A stretch of 64,000 bases of DNA, taken from positions 1-64,000 of the forward strand of contig JAZDMS010000003.1 of the NCBI GenBank assembly GCA_043800705.1, given 5' to 3'. Source of the stretch: Candidatus Altiarchaeota archaeon (lineage in GTDB: Archaea > Altiarchaeota > Altiarchaeia > IMC4 > SCGC-AAA252-I15). Position numbers and translations under genes: made by a program. The notes beneath the pieces were generated by a model that saw only the letters and a list, made by a program, of their open reading frames with translations, was not told the origin of the DNA and did no database searches. Shown one piece after another: positions 55,338 through 64,000 of the stretch (positions are counted from its first letter, which is position 1; each line of letters starts with the position of its first letter).

Positions 55338-58199
55338 ATGTCAAATCCACCGATTGAATCCGTCCTCGCGAGGGGCGTAGGGATAAACTCGGACCTGGTG
55401 GGTCAAGTCGGCACACTCCCTCTGAGGCAGCCAGTGTGGGCGCATTCTATCGCAGACCTTGACATGAGGCTGGCTGGCGGGGATCCGCCGAGGCCGACGC
55501 TGGGAGTCCTGTCTGAATATATCAACAGTAGAGACGACCTTGAGGCTTTCATCGGGTCGAAGCATGCATCGAGAATAGGGCGCTTTAAGGCCATGGTGTA
55601 CAACGCATACGGTAACCTTGAAGGGTTGATTCCAAGGAAGAGACAGGTCTTTGAGGAGTATGTCCGGGGACTCTATGGCTCATCAGTCCAGCCTGGCAGG
55701 TCCCTGCTGGACTCGGTGACAAACAATATGGGCCTCGCTTCCGCAATAGGGGCGGAATACAGCACCGATTCCATCGCATGCAAGCTCTTGGAGCACGGGC
55801 TTGTAGACTGGCGGGCGCCCAAGGCGCTAAGGAGCGGTAGAGGCGGTGGGATGTCGAGGCACCTGAGTTTGAAGATGATGTCAGCCGGTCAGACAGCGGC
55901 TAACGGCAGAAGAAGACTGAAGGAGAATCTTAAATCATACATTGATGACGTCGGAGTCCGGACGTTGGATGACTTAAACATGCGCAACGGGGTGGGAAAG
56001 GGCATTGCTGATGATGCAGGCACCGCAGAGAACCACATAAAGGGCATCGGTAGGGCCGTCTACTCCCTGGCAGGCCAGCAGGTGAATGGGGGCAAGCCAA
56101 GCCCGCTGGATGCTGCGAGGCTTTGCGTCGAGCACGGACTCCTGGACTGGCGCATGCCGTCGGATTTCTCCCCAACCAACCGGCAGACGAAATACCTTAA
56201 CCCGGAAGTCCTGCGCGGCGGCGAGGCCATCGAGGTAGGCCGGGAAAGGGCACTTGCGAACCTCGGATTCTACATTAAAAGCATCATCGGAGTCGAGTCG
56301 TTGGACGGCCTGAGCCAATCGGAAAAGCACGGGGTCTCGCTTCGCGGCATAGCATCGGCGTTCGGGAGGATAGATGGCGGCCAAAAGCCGGACTACAGCC
56401 CCGACCTTGTCGCCAGGGAATGCATAAGCCACGGCATATTCTCCGCACAATTGCCAGAACTCAACTATCTTTCCACCGTCCCTGGCATCCAGAGCAAATA
56501 CCTCCGGCCGGAGGTTGTGGGCAAGCAGCAGGCTGTGTCCAACCTGAAGCAACATGTTCAGGAGACTTACCCGGATATCGACAGCCTACTTGGCATGCAG
56601 AACGACAGATACGCCCACGAGGGATTCGCGCTGAAACTAAGGCAGGTGGGCCTTTGGCCGCGGGGACTTCCTGTGGCTCTTGACGCTGTCAGGGGCGAGA
56701 TTGAACGGCTGGGCTGGCTGGAATATTCGACGGCTGAGATTCCCTGTTTCAGGCCGTATTTTTCGCACGTGCTCCCGCCGGCCTTCAGGCATTCCCGCAA
56801 GGGGGGTGGGTCGGGTAGGTCAGCGGATCCGGAGGGGTCTGATGGTCAGAGGGGAGTGACGACGTTCGTCAAAGGCGAGGCCTTCGAGCAGCTGGTCGGG
56901 GTGTTTCTGGCATATGCCAACCCTGACGAGACAATAATACCACAGTTTTGCCTGTGCGTGGACAATATTGCGGGATATTTCGGGGCCAGGGTCGACTATA
57001 AGGCGGGGGATGGCCTTTACGAGGTCAAATGGGGCGGCGCTGAGGAGAAGATAGTCGAGTCGACGGAAAAGTTCAAGGGCATGCTTACGGAATCGGAAAG
57101 GCAGAAATACCACCTGATACGGCTGGATAAGGCCAAGGGCGAATCGGGCACCCTGTTCATGGAAATGCTGGAAAAACACGTCGCCGACGACGATAGGACT
57201 GGCGACGGGTTCGTCAGGCTTGCGGCGTTGCTCTACCGCCTGGGGCAGGACTCGCATAATGTCCGCAACATCGGGCTATTGCACCATTTCAGGGATTACA
57301 TGTACGGGCTGGTCGACGAATGCAATAGGCTGACCGGAGATGCCAGGCGGGTTTTCATATCAGCCTCCATACGGAAGATGACGGTGCTGCTTCCGGAATC
57401 CATGCAGAACCAAGAGCTTGACCGTCACATGGTGGCAGGCACCAGAGTCTCCTTTTCGCCGCTCGAGGCTCATTTCGAGTATGAAGGCAAAATCCACAGG
57501 GGCTTCATCTCCCCGAAAACCCTTTCCAATGAAAGGCGCGAGCTTTATCGGATGGCAGCCAAGGTTGGTGAGAAGCAGGCCGAATACCAGAGGCAGCTTG
57601 AAGGCGCCCCGGAGTATGTCCGCACACGCTTCAGGGAATTGCTGCCAGAGTTCATAAATTCATACAGCCCATCGAAGAAAGACGACCCGGACGGTAACGT
57701 CAGGGTCTTTCTTTCATCCGATATCTGCATGGATGTGCTATCAGACGACGTATTCAGCCCCGAGGGCGGCCTCAGCCCGCAATCGACCCGGGAGGTTACG
57801 GATCCGAAAGAGCTGATCCTGGATCCGAGGGTGCTTGTAAGGAGGATGATTGTGGCTGGTTTGAGAAAGGACGTGTCAGCATTCAGGCATGCCGCCCAAA
57901 GGCTTCTTGACCTGTCGGAGACGCCGCCGAAGGATGGGGAACACGCCTCCGCCTGGTCTGAAGCGAGGAAACATAGGGACAGGATACGGTACATCAGGCG
58001 CGAAAGCGGCCAGTTCATCAAGGCATTGGAGGATATCTGGGGCGTATATGAGAAACTCCTTAGAGATACGACGAACGGTGTTAGGGGCGAGGTTGAGCTC
58101 GTGGGGGGCATAGCCAATATCCTTGGTGCGATGGCGTCCGATCCCAGGATAGCGAAAATGGCGGCGGCACATCGTGGAACGAACAGGTCAGCCCCGTAA
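55338..58199 (+). CDS. large repeat-containing protein with a putative PD-(D/E)xK nuclease domain
   Basis: 953 aa; three ~100-aa repeats; KGEAFEQLV...RVDY...YEVKWG. Confidence 0.7.
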   Translation: MSNPPIESVLARGVGINSDLVGQVGTLPLRQPVWAHSIADLDMRLAGGDPPRPTLGVLSEYINSRDDLEAFIGSKHASRIGRFKAMVYNAYGNLEGLIPRKRQVFEEYVRGLYGSSVQPGRSLLDSVTNNMGLASAIGAEYSTDSIACKLLEHGLVDWRAPKALRSGRGGGMSRHLSLKMMSAGQTAANGRRRLKENLKSYIDDVGVRTLDDLNMRNGVGKGIADDAGTAENHIKGIGRAVYSLAGQQVNGGKPSPLDAARLCVEHGLLDWRMPSDFSPTNRQTKYLNPEVLRGGEAIEVGRERALANLGFYIKSIIGVESLDGLSQSEKHGVSLRGIASAFGRIDGGQKPDYSPDLVARECISHGIFSAQLPELNYLSTVPGIQSKYLRPEVVGKQQAVSNLKQHVQETYPDIDSLLGMQNDRYAHEGFALKLRQVGLWPRGLPVALDAVRGEIERLGWLEYSTAEIPCFRPYFSHVLPPAFRHSRKGGGSGRSADPEGSDGQRGVTTFVKGEAFEQLVGVFLAYANPDETIIPQFCLCVDNIAGYFGARVDYKAGDGLYEVKWGGAEEKIVESTEKFKGMLTESERQKYHLIRLDKAKGESGTLFMEMLEKHVADDDRTGDGFVRLAALLYRLGQDSHNVRNIGLLHHFRDYMYGLVDECNRLTGDARRVFISASIRKMTVLLPESMQNQELDRHMVAGTRVSFSPLEAHFEYEGKIHRGFISPKTLSNERRELYRMAAKVGEKQAEYQRQLEGAPEYVRTRFRELLPEFINSYSPSKKDDPDGNVRVFLSSDICMDVLSDDVFSPEGGLSPQSTREVTDPKELILDPRVLVRRMIVAGLRKDVSAFRHAAQRLLDLSETPPKDGEHASAWSEARKHRDRIRYIRRESGQFIKALEDIWGVYEKLLRDTTNGVRGEVELVGGIANILGAMASDPRIAKMAAAHRGTNRSAP

Positions 58200-58315
58200 T
58201 TCCTCCATGTGGCTCATCCCCCCAGCTGTCCCCAAGCCATGCTGCGTTGCAAAAAACTGCCCCACCGATGCGACACATATCTGGTCTTATTTCGTCATGT
58301 CCCCTTTTTTATTAC

Positions 58316-59209
58316 ATGGGTCATCGAACTGACGCTCAGATTAAGCCTCAACCTCATGTATTACCGTCGGTTGCATTGCCTGATGTATGGGGTCACGGTG
58401 ATGCCGCTTCAAATGCCAATAAATACCACTCGTCATTGATACATTATACCGCGTTTTCCCTGGCATGCTTGATTAAATTTTGCAGCGATCTGAGGGCTGC
58501 GAACCCGAAAGAGGACGTTTTGTTCGTCGGCAACGGAGGAAACGGAAGGCCTCAGGCACAGTTGCTTCAAAAGGATTTGGAGGCTCTTGGGTTTTGGGTG
58601 GATGTGGCGGCAAGGATAAGGTCTAAGGCGTATGACATAGCCAAGATCCAATCCGCACCAGTCCCCTTGGAGGGCGGAAAGGAGATGGTTGAATATGTGC
58701 TAAAGAGGAGCCCGATAGTTATCTTAGCCGACAACTCTAAGGGAAGGGTTGCATCCGCAATGTATGGGTATAGGGAGCTCGTCAACGGCCTCAATATACT
58801 CCATGGAAAGGAGGCCTTGTTTGATCCGGGGAGGAGGGCGGGTCTGAACAGTAGTCTGCTCTCAAGGTTTTCCGGTAGTGGACAACATCCAGCCTTCAAG
58901 GGATACAAACGGTTTCTTTTCTGGGACCCCCTGGATTATCTTGATCCAATAAAATCAGATGCCAGAATCAGCAGCGGAAGCCGGGTCAGGGAGGGGGATA
59001 TAGTGGCCGTGAACCTCCATCCGTCATTCGGGCACTCGGGTTTATTGGACAAGCCTGGCTCGGAGGCACTGAGGGGGCTTGTAGGTAATCTGTCTGAGAG
59101 GGATTTGATGCCATTCGAATTGGATTCATTGGACGGGCAAGAGGTTATTGAAAATTTAAAATCCGCGGACGGCAGGCGGCTCATAGAATATTACAAAAGG
59201 CTTCTCTGA
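58316..59209 (+). CDS. hypothetical protein
   Basis: ORF from the ATG at 58316; alpha/beta pattern (VLFVGNGGNGRP, IVILAD). Confidence 0.6.
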   Translation: MGHRTDAQIKPQPHVLPSVALPDVWGHGDAASNANKYHSSLIHYTAFSLACLIKFCSDLRAANPKEDVLFVGNGGNGRPQAQLLQKDLEALGFWVDVAARIRSKAYDIAKIQSAPVPLEGGKEMVEYVLKRSPIVILADNSKGRVASAMYGYRELVNGLNILHGKEALFDPGRRAGLNSSLLSRFSGSGQHPAFKGYKRFLFWDPLDYLDPIKSDARISSGSRVREGDIVAVNLHPSFGHSGLLDKPGSEALRGLVGNLSERDLMPFELDSLDGQEVIENLKSADGRRLIEYYKRLL

Positions 59210-59212
59210 CGA

Positions 59213-60538
59213 TCAGCCACGAAGCTGCTTCATAAGCCTTATTCTCTTCTCTATGAGGGCCTCTGTCCCTATGTCCTTGCGGAAGAAGAGCTTCCCCTTC
59301 ACATACGGCATGCATGAGGCGGCCGCCTGTTCCGCTTCCGTGATGGTGTCCGCTATGCCGACGACTGCGATGGCCCTTGACTTCGACGTCAGGATCTTTC
59401 CGTTTTCCTCCCTGACTGAGGCGTAGTATATGCGGCCTCCTTTTTCCTCTATCGCTTTCTCGTCGACTTCGACTTCCACATTGTTGAGGGGGCTGTCGGG
59501 GTATCCTTCTGGGACGAAGTATTTGCAGACCGTGGCTTTGTCCTTGAATTTAATCTGGTCGCCCAGCCTGCCTGCCGCGATGTTTTCGCATATCTGCAGC
59601 ATGTCGGATTCGAGTATGGACAGGATGTTCATGGCTTCGGGGTCGCCGAGGCGTGCGTTGTATTCTATGACCTTGACTCCCTCCCGCGTGGCCATGAATT
59701 GGCCGTAGAGGAAGCCCTTGTATTTTTCGCCCGTCTCCTTTTTCACGGCCTTTACGGTGGCCTCCATTATCCTGATGGCGTCGTCATAGTCCTTTTGGGT
59801 GAGGAAGGGGAGTATGTATCCTCTGTCGTTGTAGCTGCCCATGCCGCCGGTGTTGGGGCCGATGTCTCCGTCGTACGCCCTCTTGTGGTCCTGGACCATC
59901 GGCGTTCCCTGGACCCGCTGCCCGTCGACGAACGCCTGGATGGTGAATTCCTCCCCTATGAGTCTTTCCTCGAGTACGATCTTCGGTATGACCCCCATCT
60001 TCGTGGCGAAGATCTCTTTGATGTATTTTTTCGCGCCTTCGGAGTCGAAGTGTTCGCCCATTATCTGGACGCCCTTGCCGCCTGTCAGCCCCGCGGGTTT
60101 GACGACGAGGTCGCCGTCGTATTCGTCGATGAATCCGCAGGCGTCTTCAGCGGACTCGAAGAGCTCGAAGAACGGTGTCCCCTCCAGCCTGTGCCTCCTC
60201 ATGAGGGCGCGGCTGAACGCCTTGTCGCTCTCAAGCTGCGCAGGAATTCTCCTGGGGCCCACGCATTGGATGCCCTTCTTCTCAAGGACGTCGACGACTC
60301 CCGCGGCAAGCGGGGCCTCGGGCCCTATGACTGCCAGGTTCGCGCCGCATTTTTGCGCGTATGCGGCGACCTGATCCGGCTTGCATATGTCTCCGACCGC
60401 ATATTCTTTTGCGAGCCGTTTGATGCCGGGGTTCGCGGCAGGCATGTACGCGAAAAGTTCAGGTTTATTCGGGCTTCTTGCCAGTGCGGCGGCTATTGCG
60501 TGCTCCCTTGCACCACCGCCCACCATCAGGATCTTCAT
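59213..60538 (-). CDS. purD: phosphoribosylamine-glycine ligase
   Basis: VGGGAREHA, IGPEAPL, KPAGLTGGKGV, QDHKRAYDGD.GPNTGGMG, EYNARLGDPE. Confidence 0.97.
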   Translation of the reverse strand: MKILMVGGGAREHAIAAALARSPNKPELFAYMPAANPGIKRLAKEYAVGDICKPDQVAAYAQKCGANLAVIGPEAPLAAGVVDVLEKKGIQCVGPRRIPAQLESDKAFSRALMRRHRLEGTPFFELFESAEDACGFIDEYDGDLVVKPAGLTGGKGVQIMGEHFDSEGAKKYIKEIFATKMGVIPKIVLEERLIGEEFTIQAFVDGQRVQGTPMVQDHKRAYDGDIGPNTGGMGSYNDRGYILPFLTQKDYDDAIRIMEATVKAVKKETGEKYKGFLYGQFMATREGVKVIEYNARLGDPEAMNILSILESDMLQICENIAAGRLGDQIKFKDKATVCKYFVPEGYPDSPLNNVEVEVDEKAIEEKGGRIYYASVREENGKILTSKSRAIAVVGIADTITEAEQAAASCMPYVKGKLFFRKDIGTEALIEKRIRLMKQLRG

Positions 60539-60573
60539 GTTATAGATGATGGCGCGGGGAAATAAAAACCATC

Positions 60574-61494
60574 TCAGAATCCGATGAGGCCCATGAGCCA
60601 TTGGAAGAGGCCCTGACCCTGCGGCTCCTCCGCTGCGACGGCGTCGCCGATGACTGCGGGCTCCGGCAAAGTCGACGACGTAGTCGTTCCGATGGTGGAC
60701 GAAGTCGTGGTCGTCTTGTCCAGGAAGTGCGGAGGCGGCAGATAGGTCGTCGTGGTCGACGATGACGTCGTCGATGTGGATGTCGTCGTGGTCGTGGAGA
60801 CGTCGATGGTTATGTACGCCTGCGGATAGTCGGTTCCGGATACGAGGACCGTGTATATGCCCGCCTTCTCAAAGGGAAGCTCTGCCTCCCCCGTATAGTT
60901 TGATTTTGTCGACACCATCGGCATCGTGACGCCCACCAGTCCGGTGTATACCTCCAGCGTCGCGTCCCTGACGGGGGCGTCGGTCTTGTTGTCTTCGAAC
61001 CTGAACCTGACGGTGTCCCCGGGAGCTACGGCTTCTGGGTCCTGGGCGTATCTCATTATCTTCGGGATGAAGACCCTCGTGTCTACGCTCGAGCCTCCGG
61101 CGCACTCGCATACGTCGCAGAATTTGAGGTCGCCTTCGGGTTTTTCGCCGAATCCGCATCTCCAGCCTATCAATAGTCCCCCCTTTGCCTTTATCTCGGA
61201 GATGCCGACCATGCTCGTCGCGCCGTTCTTGAACAGGGCCCACCAGTGGGGGTTCTCCGTGCTATACGTGCATTCGAAGCCGTTGATGGCTGTGACGAAC
61301 TTCCCGAATCCGAAGTCCGAGCATTCGTACGATGACTTGTCGCAAAGCAGGTCCATTCCCGCCCCGTCGTCTGCGTCGTAGCAGTTCTTTGAAATCCCCC
61401 CCGCGCCGTTGTCCGCCACCACGGCCACCTTCACAGCATCAACCGTTGTTATCATCAAAAACGCCGTTAAAACCGCCCATATCGCCTTTTTCAT
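60574..61494 (-). CDS. secreted/anchored DUF4430 (transcobalamin-like) domain protein with Thr-rich stalk
   Basis: Signal peptide; GKFVTAING...WWALFKNG..SMVGI; Thr/Ser tract. Confidence 0.72.
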   Translation of the reverse strand: MKKAIWAVLTAFLMITTVDAVKVAVVADNGAGGISKNCYDADDGAGMDLLCDKSSYECSDFGFGKFVTAINGFECTYSTENPHWWALFKNGATSMVGISEIKAKGGLLIGWRCGFGEKPEGDLKFCDVCECAGGSSVDTRVFIPKIMRYAQDPEAVAPGDTVRFRFEDNKTDAPVRDATLEVYTGLVGVTMPMVSTKSNYTGEAELPFEKAGIYTVLVSGTDYPQAYITIDVSTTTTTSTSTTSSSTTTTYLPPPHFLDKTTTTSSTIGTTTSSTLPEPAVIGDAVAAEEPQGQGLFQWLMGLIGF

Positions 61495-61508
61495 AATGCA
61501 CACCTAAG

Positions 61509-61527
61509 GTTGGATAATTTATCCAAC
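61509..61527. promoter_or_regulatory. perfect palindrome, candidate operator of the divergent DUF4430 and ECF genes
   Basis: GTTGGATAA-T-TTATCCAAC, upstream of a TATATAAA box near 61548. Confidence 0.55.
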
Positions 61528-61590
61528 GCTTATTATTATGCATGACCTATATAAAAGCATGTCCGTAATCCGGGGGAGTTGGCTGCCGGC

Positions 61591-62457
61591 ATGAACACAT
61601 CGAACTGGGTCGCATGGGTGGCCCTTGCAATGCTCTACTGCGGGCTTACATACAACCCCTTCTATCAGCTTTTGCTCTTTCTGACGGTCTGCGCATGCGC
61701 CCTTGCAAGGAAGCTTCCCCTGAAGTCATATCTGAAGGCCGGGCTCCTCATGTCCGCCATCCCCCTCTTCATCAACGTCTTCTTCGTCCACCTGGGGAAG
61801 ATCGTCCTGTTCACAGTACCGCGGAACATACCGGTCGCAGGCTTCGACATCCCGTTGCTCGTCTTCTCAGGCCACATAACAGCGGAGGCCCTCGCGTTCG
61901 CAGCCATCATGGCACTGTTCCTCCTGAACATGCTGGTCTCTTTCCAGGTCTTCAACGGCTCCACGAGCCCTGATGCGATACTGCGGCTGATGCCTGCCGC
62001 GCTTCCCGCGGTGGGCCTTGTCACATCCATCGGCCTGAGGTTCGTCCCTACGATACTGAGGGACCATTCCTCCATCAGGGACGCCCAGATGTCACGGGGA
62101 GTGAAGATGGGATCGGGGCCGGCGCATGAGAGGCTCGCCAATCAGGCGGGAGTGATCGCTCCGACGGTCGTCACCGCGCTCGAGCGCGGATTCAACCTTG
62201 CGGAGTCCATGGCATCGAGGGGATACACTGGGCAGAGGACGAAGTATACACGGACCGGATGGACCAAGACGGAAAGGATCATACAGGCTGCCCTCATCCT
62301 GTCAGTGGCCGTCACCGTCTGGGCGAAGCTGTCCGGTGTCATGGACTTCTGGCCCTATGATTCCGCGGCGCTGCCTCAGCTTTCGCGACTGGCCATCGCG
62401 CCCCTCGTAGCATTAGCGATACCGTTGTTCACAAAGGATGAAAGCAATAGAACTTAA
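61591..62457 (+). CDS. ecfT: ECF transporter transmembrane T component
   Basis: LRFVP, AQMSRG, AESMASRGY. Confidence 0.9.
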   Translation: MNTSNWVAWVALAMLYCGLTYNPFYQLLLFLTVCACALARKLPLKSYLKAGLLMSAIPLFINVFFVHLGKIVLFTVPRNIPVAGFDIPLLVFSGHITAEALAFAAIMALFLLNMLVSFQVFNGSTSPDAILRLMPAALPAVGLVTSIGLRFVPTILRDHSSIRDAQMSRGVKMGSGPAHERLANQAGVIAPTVVTALERGFNLAESMASRGYTGQRTKYTRTGWTKTERIIQAALILSVAVTVWAKLSGVMDFWPYDSAALPQLSRLAIAPLVALAIPLFTKDESNRT

Positions 62458-63781
62458 GGGCGTCTCCTACAGGTACCCGGAAAGGGATGAATATGCGATA
62501 GAGGGGCTGGACCTCTCCGTCGAAGAGGGGGAATTCGTCCTCGTCACAGGCAGGTCCGGGTGCGGAAAATCCACCGTCTGCCGCCTCTTGAACGGCCTAT
62601 GCCCGAAATACCACGGAGGAGAGCTGTCAGGCAGCGTATTCGTCGGAGGCCATGACGTCTCGAAGAAGACGGTGGCGGAGATGTCAGCCCATGTCGGCCT
62701 CCTCTTCCAGGACCCGGAGGACCAGATAGTGATGTCGAAGGTCGAAGGCGAGATAGCGTTCGGGTTGGAGAACATGATGACCGAGCCTGTGACCATCGGC
62801 GGCCGCATCGGGTGGGTCTCCTCAGCGCTCGGGATAAGCCATCTCCTTGATAGGAGGACGGATCAGCTATCGGGCGGAGAAAAGCAGAAGATAGTTCTCG
62901 CATCCGTGCTCGCGATGAAGCCGAAGGTGCTCGCCCTCGACGAGCCCACGTCACAGCTGGATGAGGAATCCCGCGCAAGGCTGTTCGAGCTCCTGCGGGC
63001 GCTCAACGAGGGGGGGCTGACGATAATAGCGGTGGAGCACAACGTACGGGGCATCCTCGGATACGTCGACAGGGTCTTCGACCTCGAATCAGGCAAGGAC
63101 ATAGTAGTCGAGTCCGAGCTGCCGGCGGTAAAAAAGACCATGCATAAGAGCGGAAAGGTCCTCGTTCAGACGACGGGGCTCGCCGGCGGATACGGCGGCA
63201 GTCCGGTGTTCGAGGGCGTGAGCGTCACGGTTCGCGAAGGGGAATGCCTCGCAGTGACAGGCCCTAACGGGGCGGGGAAGAGCACGTTCGTCCGCCATCT
63301 TGCGGCACTGATGAAGCCGATGTCGGGGTCGGCAGTCGTCCTCGGGCAGGACACGCGCAAGGCGTCGGTCGAGGACCTGGCGGGGAAGGTCGCATACCTC
63401 CCGCAGAACCCGGCGGACATGCTCTTTGCCGACACCGCAGAGGACGAGCTGAGGTTCACGCTCCAGCACACCGGTGCGTCAGGGGACGTCGAAGCGGTCC
63501 TCGGGAGGTTCGGCCTCCTCGAACATAGGCACGACTATCCGAGGGACCTGAGTGTCGGGCAGCGGCAGCGGCTCGCGATAGCAGCCGTCCTCGTGGCAGA
63601 CCCCAAAGTGGTACTGTTGGACGAGCCGACGAGGGGGATAGACTCCGAAGCCAGGAGGGCGCTCGTCTCGTTCGTCCACGGCATGCTCGGGGAAGGCCGC
63701 GCCGTAGTCATGGTCACGCAGGAGAGGGACCTGGTCGACGAGCTTGCCTCGGAAGAGCTGAAGATGGTGGTGCGAGTATGA
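62438..63781 (+). CDS. ECF transporter duplicated ATPase (A-A' fusion)
   Basis: GRSGCGKST, LSGGEKQ, LDEP, and a second set GPNGAGKST, LSVGQRQ, LDEP. Confidence 0.92.
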   Translation: MKAIELKGVSYRYPERDEYAIEGLDLSVEEGEFVLVTGRSGCGKSTVCRLLNGLCPKYHGGELSGSVFVGGHDVSKKTVAEMSAHVGLLFQDPEDQIVMSKVEGEIAFGLENMMTEPVTIGGRIGWVSSALGISHLLDRRTDQLSGGEKQKIVLASVLAMKPKVLALDEPTSQLDEESRARLFELLRALNEGGLTIIAVEHNVRGILGYVDRVFDLESGKDIVVESELPAVKKTMHKSGKVLVQTTGLAGGYGGSPVFEGVSVTVREGECLAVTGPNGAGKSTFVRHLAALMKPMSGSAVVLGQDTRKASVEDLAGKVAYLPQNPADMLFADTAEDELRFTLQHTGASGDVEAVLGRFGLLEHRHDYPRDLSVGQRQRLAIAAVLVADPKVVLLDEPTRGIDSEARRALVSFVHGMLGEGRAVVMVTQERDLVDELASEELKMVVRV

Positions 63782-64000
63782 ACAAGGCAAAGCTCTTCGC
63801 ATGGCTCTCTCTCATCCTGGTCACCGTAGCGCTCGTATCCGGGTTCAAGGCGAGCTGGCTCATCTACACGTCCGCTATCGCAGCGCTCGCGACCCTCCTC
63901 GTCCTATCCGAGTTCGACGAGCGCAGCCGCGACCCGAGGACGGTAGCTCTGACCGGTGTCATCGTGGCACTGGCGGCGACTTCCCGCCAGCTCCTGCACG
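63778..64000 (+). CDS. ECF transporter S component (partial, runs off the window)
   Basis: ATG overlapping the ATPase stop; hydrophobic; EF....RDPRTVALTGVIVALAATSRQL. Confidence 0.7.
   Translation, partial: MNKAKLFAWLSLILVTVALVSGFKASWLIYTSAIAALATLLVLSEFDERSRDPRTVALTGVIVALAATSRQLLH

Noticed and set aside
60670-60800. GTC/GTG-rich tract as a member of the heptamer family
   Set aside because: Period is 3, encoding a Thr/Ser stalk.

Overview
Archaeal chromosomal window of moderately high GC. The archaeal assignment rests on Hef, aIF6, HerA, Trm5, archaeal-type MtaB, RibL, NadM and archaeal PyrH. An Altiarchaeota-like lineage is only a guess from gene style. Most of the window is housekeeping genes (argC, pyrH, ilvE, purM, purD, hisA, pheA, chorismate mutase, an ECF transporter), glycosyltransferase and membrane genes, and many orphan ORFs. 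Main observations: (1) a dispersed palindromic element built from 7-bp repeats, with one copy filling an intergenic gap and two copies inserted in frame in hef and an FNR-type oxidoreductase, where an identical 44-bp core is read in different frames, plus two short tracts in other genes; (2) a 5.17-kb IS66-family element (32934-38099) with terminal inverted repeats and an 8-bp target duplication, carrying five passenger ORFs; (3) an apparent RaSEA-ArcS-domain fusion for archaeosine synthesis; (4) a 953-aa orphan with three ~100-aa repeats followed by a PD-(D/E)xK-like motif; (5) several structured or repeated intergenic motifs, including a perfect operator-like palindrome at a putative cobalamin ECF locus. 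No rRNA, tRNA or CRISPR array was recognised. All protein calls come from motif recognition by eye; no database searches were run.
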